The notes: generated by a model from the sequence alone, not told the origin. Positions 9,678-20,141 are shown, counted from the stretch's first letter. The stretch: DNA of 64,000 bases from Candidatus Multivoradales bacterium (GCA_965223325.1 CBDCWI010000002.1:1632001-1696000); one strand, 5' to 3'. Numbers and translations are program-made.

Positions 9678-10805
9678 ATGCTTGTGACTGCGTTCTTGCT
9701 TGCTGCGGCGCTGACGACACCGCTCCGTGCCGACGGTGATGTTCGGCTTTCCAAGGGCACTGAGTACCTTGAAGCGGGAGGGCTTGGCTTGGCTGACGAT
9801 GTTTCGCTGGGGCGTGGTGCCGCGGTGGTGCTCTGGGATCAGACCGCGGCGCCGTCCGGCAATGGTGTTCCTGTGCAGAACGTCGAAGCTGCCCTGGATT
9901 CTTTCGACAGCATGGCGGCGGATGACTTCGAGGTGCCGGACGGTGACGGTTGGGCGATCTCGGGAGTCAACTTCACCCTTTCCTTCAGTGGCGCTGGGCC
10001 GGTCGATACGGTCGACCTCGCGATTCTGGCCGACGACGCCGGCGCGCCGGGCGCGGCCCTGTGGAGTTACAGCGGTCTTGGCGGCACGCTGAATGGGGCT
10101 GACCTCAACGTCGCGCTGCCCACGCCGGCGATTCTCGGGCCGGGAATCTACTGGCTGCAGGGTGTGATCAACATGGAGTTCGATTGCTGCGGCCAGGTGT
10201 TCTGGAGCAACAGCATCGACCAGACTCTCAGCCCCAGCCACTGGTCGAACCCCGGCGACGGTTTCGCGACCACCTGCACCACGTACATGCCGGTGCCAGT
10301 GTGCGGGGTCGGCGGGGGGTTCCCTGACTTCTTGTTTCAGATTCTCGGTGTCGCAGCGAACGCTGACCTCACGCTGACGAAGACCAGTGATGCCGAGGCG
10401 GTCACCGCGCATGACCGTCTCATCTACACCTTGACTGCCGGCAACCTGGGGCCGAACCAGGCCGACAATGTCGTGGTCACAGAGTCTCTTCCGGCGGGTC
10501 TCGACTTCGTCTCCACCAGCGGTTGCCTGGAAGATCCAGTGGGTGTCCCCACCTGCACCCTCGGAACCCTGGCCGCTGGAACAAGCGCCCAGTACACGGT
10601 GACTGTGAGGGTCGACGAGTCCGCTTCGGGCCTCTTGACCAACAGCGCCGAGGTCACTGCCGACGCCTTCGATAGCGACCCAACCACGGGCGGAGCCTCG
10701 ATTGCCGTGCGGGTCGGCGCCCCGGTACCGCTACTGCACCCGGTGGGGCTTGCCACCTTCGCTGCCTTGATCCTGCTTGCAGCTCGGGGGCGACTGCGGG
10801 GCTAG
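9678..10805 (+). CDS. secreted DUF11-domain protein with IPTL-CTERM-like C-terminal anchor
   Basis: Signal peptide; ADLTLTKT..LIYTLTAGNLGP..ADNVVVTESLPAGL (DUF11); C-terminal VPLLHPVGLATFAALILLAARGRLR (motif, TM helix, basic tail). Confidence 0.8.
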   Translation: MLVTAFLLAAALTTPLRADGDVRLSKGTEYLEAGGLGLADDVSLGRGAAVVLWDQTAAPSGNGVPVQNVEAALDSFDSMAADDFEVPDGDGWAISGVNFTLSFSGAGPVDTVDLAILADDAGAPGAALWSYSGLGGTLNGADLNVALPTPAILGPGIYWLQGVINMEFDCCGQVFWSNSIDQTLSPSHWSNPGDGFATTCTTYMPVPVCGVGGGFPDFLFQILGVAANADLTLTKTSDAEAVTAHDRLIYTLTAGNLGPNQADNVVVTESLPAGLDFVSTSGCLEDPVGVPTCTLGTLAAGTSAQYTVTVRVDESASGLLTNSAEVTADAFDSDPTTGGASIAVRVGAPVPLLHPVGLATFAALILLAARGRLRG

Positions 10806-10965
10806 ACGAACACGCCCCTCGAACCGGACCTGGAGCACTCCGCTCGCCGTAGCAGCCGCGGCAGCAGGCGAAGAGGAGTGCGGAACTCGCCAGCCCGCAA
10901 AGCCGCTTACTCGCGCCCTATACTCTCGCCCAGTTTCCCCGCCACGCTCTCGGAATTCGGTTCTC

Positions 10966-12596
10966 GTGCGTAGATCACAGAAAAGACTTCTCCTCGCGCT
11001 CGCCATCCTGCCGCTCCTGTTGCTGCTCGCGGCGCTCGTCTACCAGATCGGCATGACCAGCCTCGAAGGTGACCCGCGCGGCTTTTGGGACAGCCTTGCG
11101 TGGGCGGCCGAAACCCTTTCGACGACCGGTTACGGTGAGGATGGGCGGTGGGCGCATCCGGTCATGGTGGTCTTCGTGATCGTGTTGCAGTTCGTCGGCG
11201 TCTTCCTGGTGTTTCTAGTCTTCCCGATCTACCTCATCCCGGTTCTCGAGGAACGCTTCGAAGCGCGCCTCCCCACCGAAGTCAAGCCGATGCATAACCA
11301 CGTGGTCATCTTCCGGTCTGGCCCGGCGGTCGAGCTACTGGTCGAACAACTCACCCACGCCGGGATCGAGACCTTGTTCCTCGAAGAAGACGAGGCCGTC
11401 GCACGGCGGCTCGTCGACCAGGGGCACAAGGTCCTCGTCGGCAGCATCGACGACGGCGTTCTGGAACGTGCCCACCTCGAGAAGGCGCGTTGTTTGATCG
11501 CCAACAGCTCAGACGACGAAGATGCGGCCGCGACACTCACCGCCCGCCAGCTCGGCTTCGAAGGTGACCTCTTGGCTTTGGTCGAGGAGCCCTTCCATCG
11601 TCAGCCCATGATGCTCGCGGGCGCGACCGCGACGTTCACCCCTCGCCATGTGCTCGGTGCAGTCCTGGCCGCACGCGCCAGTCGCCGCGTCAGCCCAGCC
11701 GTCGCTGGCGTCCAGTCGCTCGGCAAACGACTGCGGGTCGGTGAGGTTCACATTCGGCGATCGAGCGAGCTGGTCGGCCAGACACTAGAAGCGTCACACC
11801 TCGGTCAAACGACCGGAGCTACCGTGATCGGGCAATGGGTCGGCGGACGCCTCGAAGCTCCCGTCGGTCCCGATGCCGTCATCCAGCGGGTGCCAACCTG
11901 ATCGTCGTAGGCAGCGACGCAGCCATCGCTCGCCTGGGGGAACTCGGTCGTGGGACCTTCATGCTCAGTCGCCAGGGTCGATTTGTCATCGCCGGTTGCG
12001 GTGAGGTCGGGGCGAAGGTCCTGCAGCTGCTCCGAGACGTCGACGAAGACACCACCGTAATCGATCGGGATCCCACGAACGCGCCCGATGTCGTCGGAGA
12101 CGTACTCGACCCGCGAGTGCTCGAGAGCGCCGACGTCGACAGCGCCCAGGCGGTCATTCTGGCGCTCGACACCGACGCCGCAACGTTGTTCGCCACCGTC
12201 ATCCTGAAGGGTGTGGCCCCAGACGTTCCGATCTTTGCTCGCGTCAACCGAGCCGAGAACGTCGAGCGCATCCACGCCGCTGGCGCAGAGTTCGCCCGCT
12301 CTCTCAGCCAAGTCTCGGGTCAGATGCTCGTCCGCCGCTTGCTGGGCGAGGCCTCGATCGCGCTCGATCCACAGCTCAAGGTGCTGCAAATGGAAGCGAC
12401 CCTGATGGCCGGCAGCCATCCAGCCAGGATCGGCATCCGCGAACGCAGCGGGTGCTCGATCGTCGCCATCGAACGCGGCAGCGACCTGCTCACCGAGTTC
12501 GACGACGACCTCGAGATCCAGGCCAGCGACAAGGTCTACATATGCGGCTCGAGCGAAGCCACTGAACTCTGCCGGGAACTCTTCGCCCCGGAGTAG
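10966..12596 (+). pseudogene. potassium channel with tandem TrkA-N/TrkA-C (RCK) domains, interrupted by a single-base frameshift near 11887
   Basis: TLSTTGYGE pore motif and TrkA-N/C in the frame ending 11901. The continuation GANLIVVGS..FVIAGCGEVG..TrkA-C is in the -1 frame and ends at 12596. May be a sequencing indel. Confidence 0.8.
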
Positions 12597-12634
12597 CGAG
12601 AGCAGGCCCTGACTCACTCAGAGCAGGGGGAGCG

Positions 12635-13918
12635 CAACGCAGAAGGCCTACGCCGTGGAGCGCCCGCGCCGCAAATAGGTCTTCAGCGGCGCCACACCAA
12701 ACCACGGCACGCCGGCCGCAAGCTCGCAAACAACCGGTGTCACTCGACACATCGAAGCCAAGAATCCGCGGCGCGCGCACGCCCATCGAAGTCAGAGGAC
12801 GCAAGTGCAGGGGAAGCGCCAACGCAGAAGGCTCACGCAGCGGACCGCTTGCGCCGCTAATGTGACTCTAGCGGCGCCGGTGGTAACGACCGCCCGCCAT
12901 CACGAGCTCGCGCGACCAACGCACCACCTCTCCAGCCCGCAGCTCGCGGGCCGCAAGCTCGCAAACACCGGTGTCACTCGTCACATCGAAGCCAAGAATC
13001 CGCGGCGCGCGCACGCCCATTGAAGGAAAGGAGCGCAGGTGCAGGGCGGCCGCCAACGCAGAAGGCGCACGCAGCGGACCGCTTGCGCCGCTAGTGTGAC
13101 TCTAGCGGCGCCGGTGGTAACGACCGCCCGCCATCACGAGCTCGCTACTCCAACGGCACTGCCCACCAAACCACGGCACGCGAGCCGCAAGCTCGCAAAC
13201 ACCGGTGTCACTCGACACATCGAAGCCAAGAATCCGCGGCGCGCGCACGCCCATTGAAGGAAAGGAGCGCAGGTGCAGGGCGGCCGCCAACGCAGAAGGC
13301 GCACGCAGCGGACCGCTTGCGCCGCTAGTGTGACTCTAGCGGCGCCGGTGGTAACGACCGCCCGCCATCACGAGCTCGCTACTCCAAGGGCACTGCCCAC
13401 CAAACCACGGCACGCGAGCCGCAAGCTCGCAAACACCGGTGTCACTCGACACATCGAAGCCAAGAATCCGCGGCGCGCGCACGCCCATTGAAGGAAAGGA
13501 GCGCAGGTGCAGGGCGGCCGCCAACGCAGAAGGCTCACGCAGCGGACCGCTTGCGCCGCTAGTGTGACTCTAGCGGCGCCGGTGGTAACGACCGCCCGCC
13601 ATCACGAGCTCGCTACTCCAACGGCACTGCCCACCAAACCACGGCACGCGAGCCGCAAGCTCGCAAACACCGGTGTCACTCGACACATCGAAGCCAAGAA
13701 TCCGCGGCGCGCGCACGCCCATTGAAGGAAAGGAGCGCAGGTGCAGGGCGGCCGCCAACGCAGAAGGCTCACGCAGCGGACCGCTTGCGCCGCTAATGTG
13801 ACTCTAGCGGCGCCGGTGGTAACGACCGCCCGCCATCACGAGCTCGCTACTCCAACGGCACTGCCCACCAAACCACGGCACGCGAGCCGCAAGCTCGCAA
13901 ACCACCGGCGACGCTAGA
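12635..13918 (-). repeat. tandem array of about 5.5 x 234-bp palindromic intergenic elements (CTAG-hairpin family, locus 2)
   Basis: GCTTGCGCCGCTA at 12847, 13081, 13315, 13549 and 13783 (period 234), with a degenerate copy at about 12635-12840. The terminal unit has a 17/18-bp inverted repeat at 13803-13820/13901-13918. Confidence 0.95.
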
Positions 13919-14477
13919 ACTTAACGCCTGCTACGTCGTCGGCGGTGGTCGGCACGGCGGCTGCTGAACGCTGCCAGGGCTGCAGCTGCACCATCGCGGC
14001 GATGGTCGAGCGCGATGTCACCTCGCCGTCGACTGCAGTGAGGCGACTCGACGTCGTGGTGAGGGCGTGGTTGATCGTGTGGAAGGTCGCGTCGCCAGAG
14101 TTGACCTGGCAAAGATCACAGGGCATGTCCTGGATCGGGACGGCCCGCGTCGCCTGAATCTCGTGGACGTACTTCTCTTGACTGTCGAAGGCCGGCCCGT
14201 TCTGTTCCGAGATCCGCACGGTGACCGAATCTGTCTTATGGTCGTGCAGGATCTGAGCGGTGGCGACAGCCAGCCCTGACTCGTTGGCGTAGAAGGTCTT
14301 CTCAACCACCCGCTGGCTTGCAGAGAGGTCTCCCTCGAGCGAGGTGATCAGAGTCAGACTCAGCCCAACGGCGGTGAGCACGAACATCACCATCAGCGTG
14401 ATGACATAGGCGCTACCGGCTTCGGGATGGTTCTGCGGAGTCGGTCCGGAGCATGACGGATGGTTCTGGTTGAGCAC
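13914..14477 (-). CDS. PilX-like minor pilin / pilus assembly protein
   Basis: EAGSAYVITLMVMFVLTAVGLSL...TFYANESGLAVA matches the PilX N-terminal pattern. GTG start with GAGG upstream; start uncertain. Confidence 0.75.
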   Translation of the reverse strand: MLNQNHPSCSGPTPQNHPEAGSAYVITLMVMFVLTAVGLSLTLITSLEGDLSASQRVVEKTFYANESGLAVATAQILHDHKTDSVTVRISEQNGPAFDSQEKYVHEIQATRAVPIQDMPCDLCQVNSGDATFHTINHALTTTSSRLTAVDGEVTSRSTIAAMVQLQPWQRSAAAVPTTADDVAGVKF

Positions 14478-14543
14478 TGGAGATTTCCTCAATAAACCTG
14501 AAAAAATAGTATGAGACACGAGGCAACGCCGTCGATAAATAGT

Positions 14544-14549
14544 ATTATA
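14544..14549 (-). promoter_or_regulatory. consensus -10 box (TATAAT) in an AT-rich patch upstream of the pilX-like gene
   Basis: ATTATA on the + strand, about 70 nt upstream of the start; no good -35. Confidence 0.45.
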
Positions 14550-14633
14550 CACATTACACCAGAACAACGCACGGCTGATGTCGAGAGATGGCCCCGATAG
14601 CGTGAGTACGGCGTAAATTCTCTCGCTCGTCGC

Positions 14634-15809
14634 CTAGCGAGAGGTCAACTCCGCCATCGCGGCAGCAGCCTTTTGGGCGCTCTTGCTCCAGGTGTAGCTT
14701 CGCGCCCTTTCCAGCCCACGCCGACTGAGGTCGGCGCAGGCGGCCGCGTCCCCCCACAGGCTGGCGATCGCGTTGCCGAGACCGCCCGGTTCTTCCAGCG
14801 ACACCATGCGCCCGGCGTCGCCCAGGACCTCGGGGAACGGCTCACGGTCACTGGTGATGACCGGCGTGCCATGCCACATCGCTTCGACGACCGGCAAGCC
14901 GAAGCCCTCATAGAGAGAAGGCAGCACGAACATCCGAGCCCCCCGATAGAGCGCAGCCAGATCGTCGTTCGAGACGTAGCCGAGCCGGTGCACCCGCCCC
15001 GACAGCGGCTCGCTCTCCTGCAACGCGCTGATCTCACCGCTTCCCCACCCCAGAGGACCCGCCAGGACGACCGAGCCATCGAACCGATCGGCCAGGATCA
15101 ACTCGCGAACCGCACGCAGAAGACCCGCCAGGTTCTTGCGCGGCTCCACAGTCCCTACAAAGAGCAGGTAGCCACGCCCGAGGGTGCGCTGGATGGCCTC
15201 GGAGCGCATGCCTCGAGCTCTGAGAAGGTCACCCACTCTCTTCTCCGCTTCGCCTGCCGCGGGGGTGGTCCGTCGCTCATCGACTCCACCGGGCACCAGA
15301 CGAACCCGCGCTGGATCGAGCCCGAGCTCGTTCACCGCAGCACGACCGGTGGCTTCCGTAAGCACGAAGACTCGATCCGCACCGCGCACCGAAGGCCCTA
15401 CAACCCGCGCCAACGCCAATCGATTGCGACGCGACATCGTCTCGGGATAGCGCTTGAAGACCAGGTCGTGCAGGCTGACGATAGTCGGCAGCTCACCGAG
15501 GAGCGGCAACGGTAGGACCTGCAAAGGGCCCCAGAAGAGGTCGAGGTCTCGCCGGCGGACCTCCCGCGCCAGCCCCGACTGCAACCACATCGTCCCCCAG
15601 CGGGCCGTCAAGCCAGAGAGGCCGCGCCGCTCTGCGACCACCTCGCGCACATTCGCGGGCAGGGCATCCGGCAGGAGAGGCCTGGTCGTGAAGGCGTCGA
15701 AGCGCCACGAGGGCTCGAGCATCGTGAGCTCTTCGAGCAAGCTGCGCAGGTACACTCCGGTCCCGGTGAGAGGTGGCACTAGAGCACGAGCATCAATTCC
15801 GATTCGCAC
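14634..15809 (-). CDS. GT4 family glycosyltransferase
   Basis: VRIGIDAR, IVSLHDL, FVGTVEPRKN, YEGFGLPVVEAM and YTWSKSA. Confidence 0.93.
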   Translation of the reverse strand: MRIGIDARALVPPLTGTGVYLRSLLEELTMLEPSWRFDAFTTRPLLPDALPANVREVVAERRGLSGLTARWGTMWLQSGLAREVRRRDLDLFWGPLQVLPLPLLGELPTIVSLHDLVFKRYPETMSRRNRLALARVVGPSVRGADRVFVLTEATGRAAVNELGLDPARVRLVPGGVDERRTTPAAGEAEKRVGDLLRARGMRSEAIQRTLGRGYLLFVGTVEPRKNLAGLLRAVRELILADRFDGSVVLAGPLGWGSGEISALQESEPLSGRVHRLGYVSNDDLAALYRGARMFVLPSLYEGFGLPVVEAMWHGTPVITSDREPFPEVLGDAGRMVSLEEPGGLGNAIASLWGDAAACADLSRRGLERARSYTWSKSAQKAAAAMAELTSR

Positions 15810-15846
15810 GGGCGCTGACCCTATCAATGGGGGTTCAGAGACCGCA

Positions 15847-16920
15847 GTGGAGCGTCGCAGTCGGCGTCTTTTGACGAGCGCGACGATCTGGCTTTTCGTC
15901 TGCTGCTCCCTCGCCACAGGCTGCGAGCCGCCAGGGGGTCCGGCTCCCGGACCCCTGCTCTACGACCTCGGCTACAGCCTGCCCGTTGCCAGGGGCACCA
16001 CCGAAGTGCGCGTGCTGCGCCCGGGCGACGAAGCTTCCCGCGCCTTTCTCGGCGAGGGCTTCTCGTGGCGTGAGCGCGACGGCTCCGGGCGCAGCTTCGC
16101 GTGGAGTGACGGCCAACAGTCGACGGTCTACTTCAGGCTCTACGAGCCGCGACCCTTGCTTCTCAAACTCGGCGGAACCGCACATCCTTCGTTGGTTCGA
16201 GAAGGCCAGCCCCTCGAGATTCGGGTCATTGCGACCCCTGTGGCGACCGCTGACCCCACGACCGCGGCCCGGCAAAACGAAGGATCCGCCGTTGCCCGTT
16301 CGGCCTCCACCGCGGTGGGAACAGTTCACTTCCCCGGTGAGGCTACCCGCGACCCAACGATCGAGATCCCACGACACGTCCAGGGAAACGGGGAAGGTCT
16401 CGCAATCACGCTCGTCTACGGTGGGGAGGGCGAGAGCCGGCTGGCCCCGGAACGTGCGGCGGATGGCACCGGTCGCCAACTGGCGGTCGCCTGGCATGAA
16501 ATCCGTCTCGGCGACGCGCAGCCTGAAGCGGGTGAACCAGGACCGGTGAGCTTCGAACCGCTGCCGGGTCGAGATGGATCCCTGCTGCTCCCGACCGCCA
16601 CTCGCATCAGCTGGCAGGTCGACCTCCCACCTGATGCCCGTCTCGCTTTCCACGGCGTCGAGTTCCATGGCGACGCCCACCGGCTACGGATCGAGGTCCG
16701 CGCCGGTGCGGAGAGCGTCGCGGTCCGCGAGCTCAGCGCGTCGGCGCCTGCCTCCGAGTTGTCGCTTCTCGTGATACCCATCGAGCGCGAAGAGTGGACG
16801 AGGGTCGAACTGGCCCTCACCGCACTGCCAGAGCGCGACTGGCCGGGCCTCGACGGCCGGATCACGATCGAGCGCGCCCTCGTCCGCGAACCGGCGAGCG
16901 CTCCGGGCTCCGAGGGCTAG
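15847..16920 (+). CDS. hypothetical lipoprotein
   Basis: GTG start gives a basic N-region, hydrophobic stretch and LATG-C lipobox; beta-rich body; no family recognised. Confidence 0.6.
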   Translation: MERRSRRLLTSATIWLFVCCSLATGCEPPGGPAPGPLLYDLGYSLPVARGTTEVRVLRPGDEASRAFLGEGFSWRERDGSGRSFAWSDGQQSTVYFRLYEPRPLLLKLGGTAHPSLVREGQPLEIRVIATPVATADPTTAARQNEGSAVARSASTAVGTVHFPGEATRDPTIEIPRHVQGNGEGLAITLVYGGEGESRLAPERAADGTGRQLAVAWHEIRLGDAQPEAGEPGPVSFEPLPGRDGSLLLPTATRISWQVDLPPDARLAFHGVEFHGDAHRLRIEVRAGAESVAVRELSASAPASELSLLVIPIEREEWTRVELALTALPERDWPGLDGRITIERALVREPASAPGSEG

Positions 16921-16950
16921 TGCTGGAAGTGAGACCAAAGGGCGCAACGC

Positions 16951-19041
16951 TCAGGCCGAGCGCCGCGCTCCATCCTGCTCGCTAGAAGGGGCGATCGCCT
17001 TGTCGCTGCCGGCTTTCATCACCCGGCTCGCTTCGCGCAGGGCGCGCGCCACTTCGCGGCGCTCCGCCGGTGAGAGCTCTTGCTGGCCGAAACTCTCGCG
17101 CAAGTACAACCCCAACAGGCGATCGGCTGACGCCTTGGATTCCGGGAATCGCAGCACCACCCGTTCGCGCACATCGACCGGTGCCACCGCCGCATCGATC
17201 TCGACGCCACGCTTCTCGGCGCGCAGCCGAAAGCGCCCGAACGCGCGCGTTGCCGAGAACCTCGGACGCGACAACCAGGCGCCGGTCAGGAGGCCTGAGG
17301 CGGCGAGAAGTGCCCACCAGATCATTGCCTCCGGGGGCGACTGACGTTCGAGCTCATCAGCGGTTGCGGGCAGCGAAACCGGTTCAATGAGGCCGAGCAT
17401 CAGCTCTCGCACCGAGGCGAAAAAGCTTCGCTGATCGCGCGCACTGAACGAAATGATGTAGCGGTCCCAGCGAAACTGCACCCAGTCCCATGCCTGCCGC
17501 AACACGAGGTGGAGCGACGGCGGTGCCGCGATCGGTCGGCCGGCGGGTGGCGTCGGGTCGAACGTCACCCAGCCTTCTTCGGGAATCCAGGCTTCGACCC
17601 AGGCGTGCGCGTTGTTTTGTCGCACCACGTAGTAGCCCTCGATGGGGTTGTACTCCGCACCCAGGTAGCCGGTGACGAACCGCGCCGGGATGCCCTCGGC
17701 CCGGAGCATAAGAACCATCGCCGAGGCAAAGAACTCACAGTGGCCACTCTTGAACGTAAACAGAAAGTCGTCGATGGGTGCATCGGCACTTCGCCGCAAG
17801 AAGTCGAGCGTGTACTCGTACTCACGAATCAGATGAGACTCGACCCGTCGGGCGCGCACCCGGCTGGTTCCTTCACCGGCGACCTCGGAGGCAAGAGCAC
17901 GGATCTCGGGGCTGATCCCATCGTCGGCCATCGTCGGCTCGTCGAAGTCGAGCGGGTCGGGCGGCAGAGCGAGCGCTACCGGCAAAGACGACAGACCAAC
18001 CTCGAATTCGAGGACTGTGCGCGGGGGCGTCGGGAAGAGAAAGCTACCGCCGATGGTGCGGCGCAGCGCCGGCTCCTCCATTCGCAGCTCCATCGCCTCG
18101 ATGGGAAGCGGGAGGCCGCGAGCCCGGAGTGGCTGCATCCAGACTTTCATCCGTGATGACGGCCGCCCCTCCGAGAGTACATAGCGACCGGCTCGATCGC
18201 GGCCGATCGTGTCCATCACCGTCGCCGGCTGCCACGATGCTCCGACGTAGCGGTCGTAGGCGCCGCCTTTCCAGCGGAAGTCGCTCGCGGGCAGGTCGGC
18301 CTGGTCCATCTCGATGCGAATGGCAACTTCGGTACTCGTGCGCGCCTGGCCAATGACGTCGAGCGTCACCTCGTCGCTGAAGCCGAGACCGAAGCTGGCG
18401 GTGGACGAGTTGGTTCTGCCGGTCAGGTACGGACTGCCGAAGCGCGGCAGCAGAGTAAAGATCGGGACTGCAACCAATGCGGCCGCCAACGTCATGGCGG
18501 CGACGAAGCGCTTCACCGAGCGCGGCCCGAGAACCAGGCGCCCGGGTTCTTCGTGAAGGTCTTTGAGGTGGAGATAGGTAAAGCGCGTCAGGAGCAACAG
18601 GCCAAAAGACATCACCGCGACCAGGTAGACGACGATCGCCGGATGGGTACTGGTTGCGATCGAGGTCACGAACACGAAGAAGAGGCCAATCGTGGCGTGC
18701 CACTTATCGCGCTCGTTGCGTAGCGAGAAGAGTTTGGCTACCAAGGCAAAGAGAGCCAGATGCATCATCGGCCGGACCAGCGAACCAGCAAACCACACCG
18801 TCATGTCCAGCACCAGGAAGGGCAGGTAGAGGCAACCCAGGGCGTTGAGCATCCAGGGACGCAACCACCTCTCGGTGCCACTCGCCGCCCGGTAGAGGTA
18901 GACCCCGATCGCCGCGAGAAACAGCACCAGGAAAGGCCAGCCGACGACCCCCCCGGGGCGCGGCTCGTTGAGTGGAAGGGGCAACGGGGCCAGCAAGGCA
19001 AAGACGCCGAGCAGCAGTCGCTTGTGGCGAGCGAACTTCAC
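16951..19041 (-). CDS. DUF3488/transglutaminase-like membrane protein (TgpA-like)
   Basis: Multi-TM N-terminus; GHCEFFASAMVLMLRAEGIPARFVTGY, HAWVEAW and FDPTP (Cys-His-Asp triad). Confidence 0.93.
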   Translation of the reverse strand: MKFARHKRLLLGVFALLAPLPLPLNEPRPGGVVGWPFLVLFLAAIGVYLYRAASGTERWLRPWMLNALGCLYLPFLVLDMTVWFAGSLVRPMMHLALFALVAKLFSLRNERDKWHATIGLFFVFVTSIATSTHPAIVVYLVAVMSFGLLLLTRFTYLHLKDLHEEPGRLVLGPRSVKRFVAAMTLAAALVAVPIFTLLPRFGSPYLTGRTNSSTASFGLGFSDEVTLDVIGQARTSTEVAIRIEMDQADLPASDFRWKGGAYDRYVGASWQPATVMDTIGRDRAGRYVLSEGRPSSRMKVWMQPLRARGLPLPIEAMELRMEEPALRRTIGGSFLFPTPPRTVLEFEVGLSSLPVALALPPDPLDFDEPTMADDGISPEIRALASEVAGEGTSRVRARRVESHLIREYEYTLDFLRRSADAPIDDFLFTFKSGHCEFFASAMVLMLRAEGIPARFVTGYLGAEYNPIEGYYVVRQNNAHAWVEAWIPEEGWVTFDPTPPAGRPIAAPPSLHLVLRQAWDWVQFRWDRYIISFSARDQRSFFASVRELMLGLIEPVSLPATADELERQSPPEAMIWWALLAASGLLTGAWLSRPRFSATRAFGRFRLRAEKRGVEIDAAVAPVDVRERVVLRFPESKASADRLLGLYLRESFGQQELSPAERREVARALREASRVMKAGSDKAIAPSSEQDGARRSA

Positions 19042-20141
19042 GCCTTGCCTCCCACCGCGCGCCGCGAATCGACTTCGAAAGCTCCGCTATCACGCCTCGC
19101 CGCCTGCTCCTGGGGACCACCGAGCCGGAGAACCTTGCCCGAGCCCCGTGGCAGCTCGAGCGGTTCGGCCTGTCGCGGGCGCACCTCGACCAGCGCCAGC
19201 GCCTCGAGGAGCGCTCTGCGTTGGCGCGCGCCGCCCGCCGACGGCAGATGGTCGTCACGAGTCAGGAGCTCAATCTCGAAGCCCTGCGCGAGCGCCACGG
19301 TGCCGGCCGTTGCCGCCTCGCGCACCCGGAACTCGAAGAGCTCGAGTTCCTGACCAGCGAGAGGTCCGACGGCGTTGTCGAGCACGATCGCCAGGCGTCG
19401 ACTCTGCTCGCGGGCCCGTTCCCTCAGGATGAAACGTCCGGTTCGCGCCGACTGCTTCCAGTGAATGTCGCGCGGGTCGTCGCCTCTACGCATCTCACGC
19501 AGGCCGTAGAGGTCGTGCCCGAAACCGCGCTGGCTCGAGGGCTCTTCGCCGATCTGGCCGGGCACGTCGAGGCGGCGCTCGCCCTCGGCGAGCAGGCGCG
19601 GATAGACCAGGACTTGGCCGTCGATCAAAGCGGTGCGCGAAATGCGAAACAGTCCGAACGGGAACAGAGTGCTCAACCACATTCTCTCGGGGCGCCACCG
19701 GCCGCGGGCCGGCAACGTGACCTCCTGCTCGACCCGCACGACGTCCATCGCACGGCGACGGCGACGGAGGTGTACGACCAGGGCCGGAGCAGCCGCATTC
19801 GAAAGAGCGATCTGAACCAGCCAACGAGGAAGAAACGCCGAGGAGTTGGAGACCCGCACATCGATCGACGCCGGCTCGCCCGCAAAGACCTCATCCTGGG
19901 CCGACACCTCGACCTCGAGCGCGCGGAGGTTGCGTTTCCCTGCAACGACCGACAACAGGCCGACCGCCATCATCGCCGCCATCAACATGTAGAGGGCGTT
20001 GTTGCCGGTGTTCGAACCGGCTACAACGATCACCGCACCGAACAAACCAAACCAGAGCCCGACGCGAGTCAGCTGGACGCCGGTCGGTCGCTCGGTGTTC
20101 TCGCCCTCTGGTAGAGGGTTGGTTTTCCGGTCCTCGGACAC
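19038..20141 (-). CDS. DUF58 domain protein
   Basis: NTGNNALY, TLFPFGLF and LREMRRGDDPRDIHWKQSAR; lies between moxR and the transglutaminase; 4-nt overlap. Confidence 0.92.
   Translation of the reverse strand: MSEDRKTNPLPEGENTERPTGVQLTRVGLWFGLFGAVIVVAGSNTGNNALYMLMAAMMAVGLLSVVAGKRNLRALEVEVSAQDEVFAGEPASIDVRVSNSSAFLPRWLVQIALSNAAAPALVVHLRRRRRAMDVVRVEQEVTLPARGRWRPERMWLSTLFPFGLFRISRTALIDGQVLVYPRLLAEGERRLDVPGQIGEEPSSQRGFGHDLYGLREMRRGDDPRDIHWKQSARTGRFILRERAREQSRRLAIVLDNAVGPLAGQELELFEFRVREAATAGTVALAQGFEIELLTRDDHLPSAGGARQRRALLEALALVEVRPRQAEPLELPRGSGKVLRLGGPQEQAARRDSGAFEVDSRRAVGGKA

Noticed and set aside
12805-13758. Repeated 72-aa (+) and 62-aa (-) ORFs in the 234-bp array
   Set aside because: They are by-products of the DNA repeat: no recognisable protein features, and the frames are not kept in the homologous elements at 8907 and 25001.
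8907-13918. CRISPR interpretation of the tandem arrays
   Set aside because: Units are 209 and 234 bp and nearly identical throughout, with no unique spacers and no cas genes.
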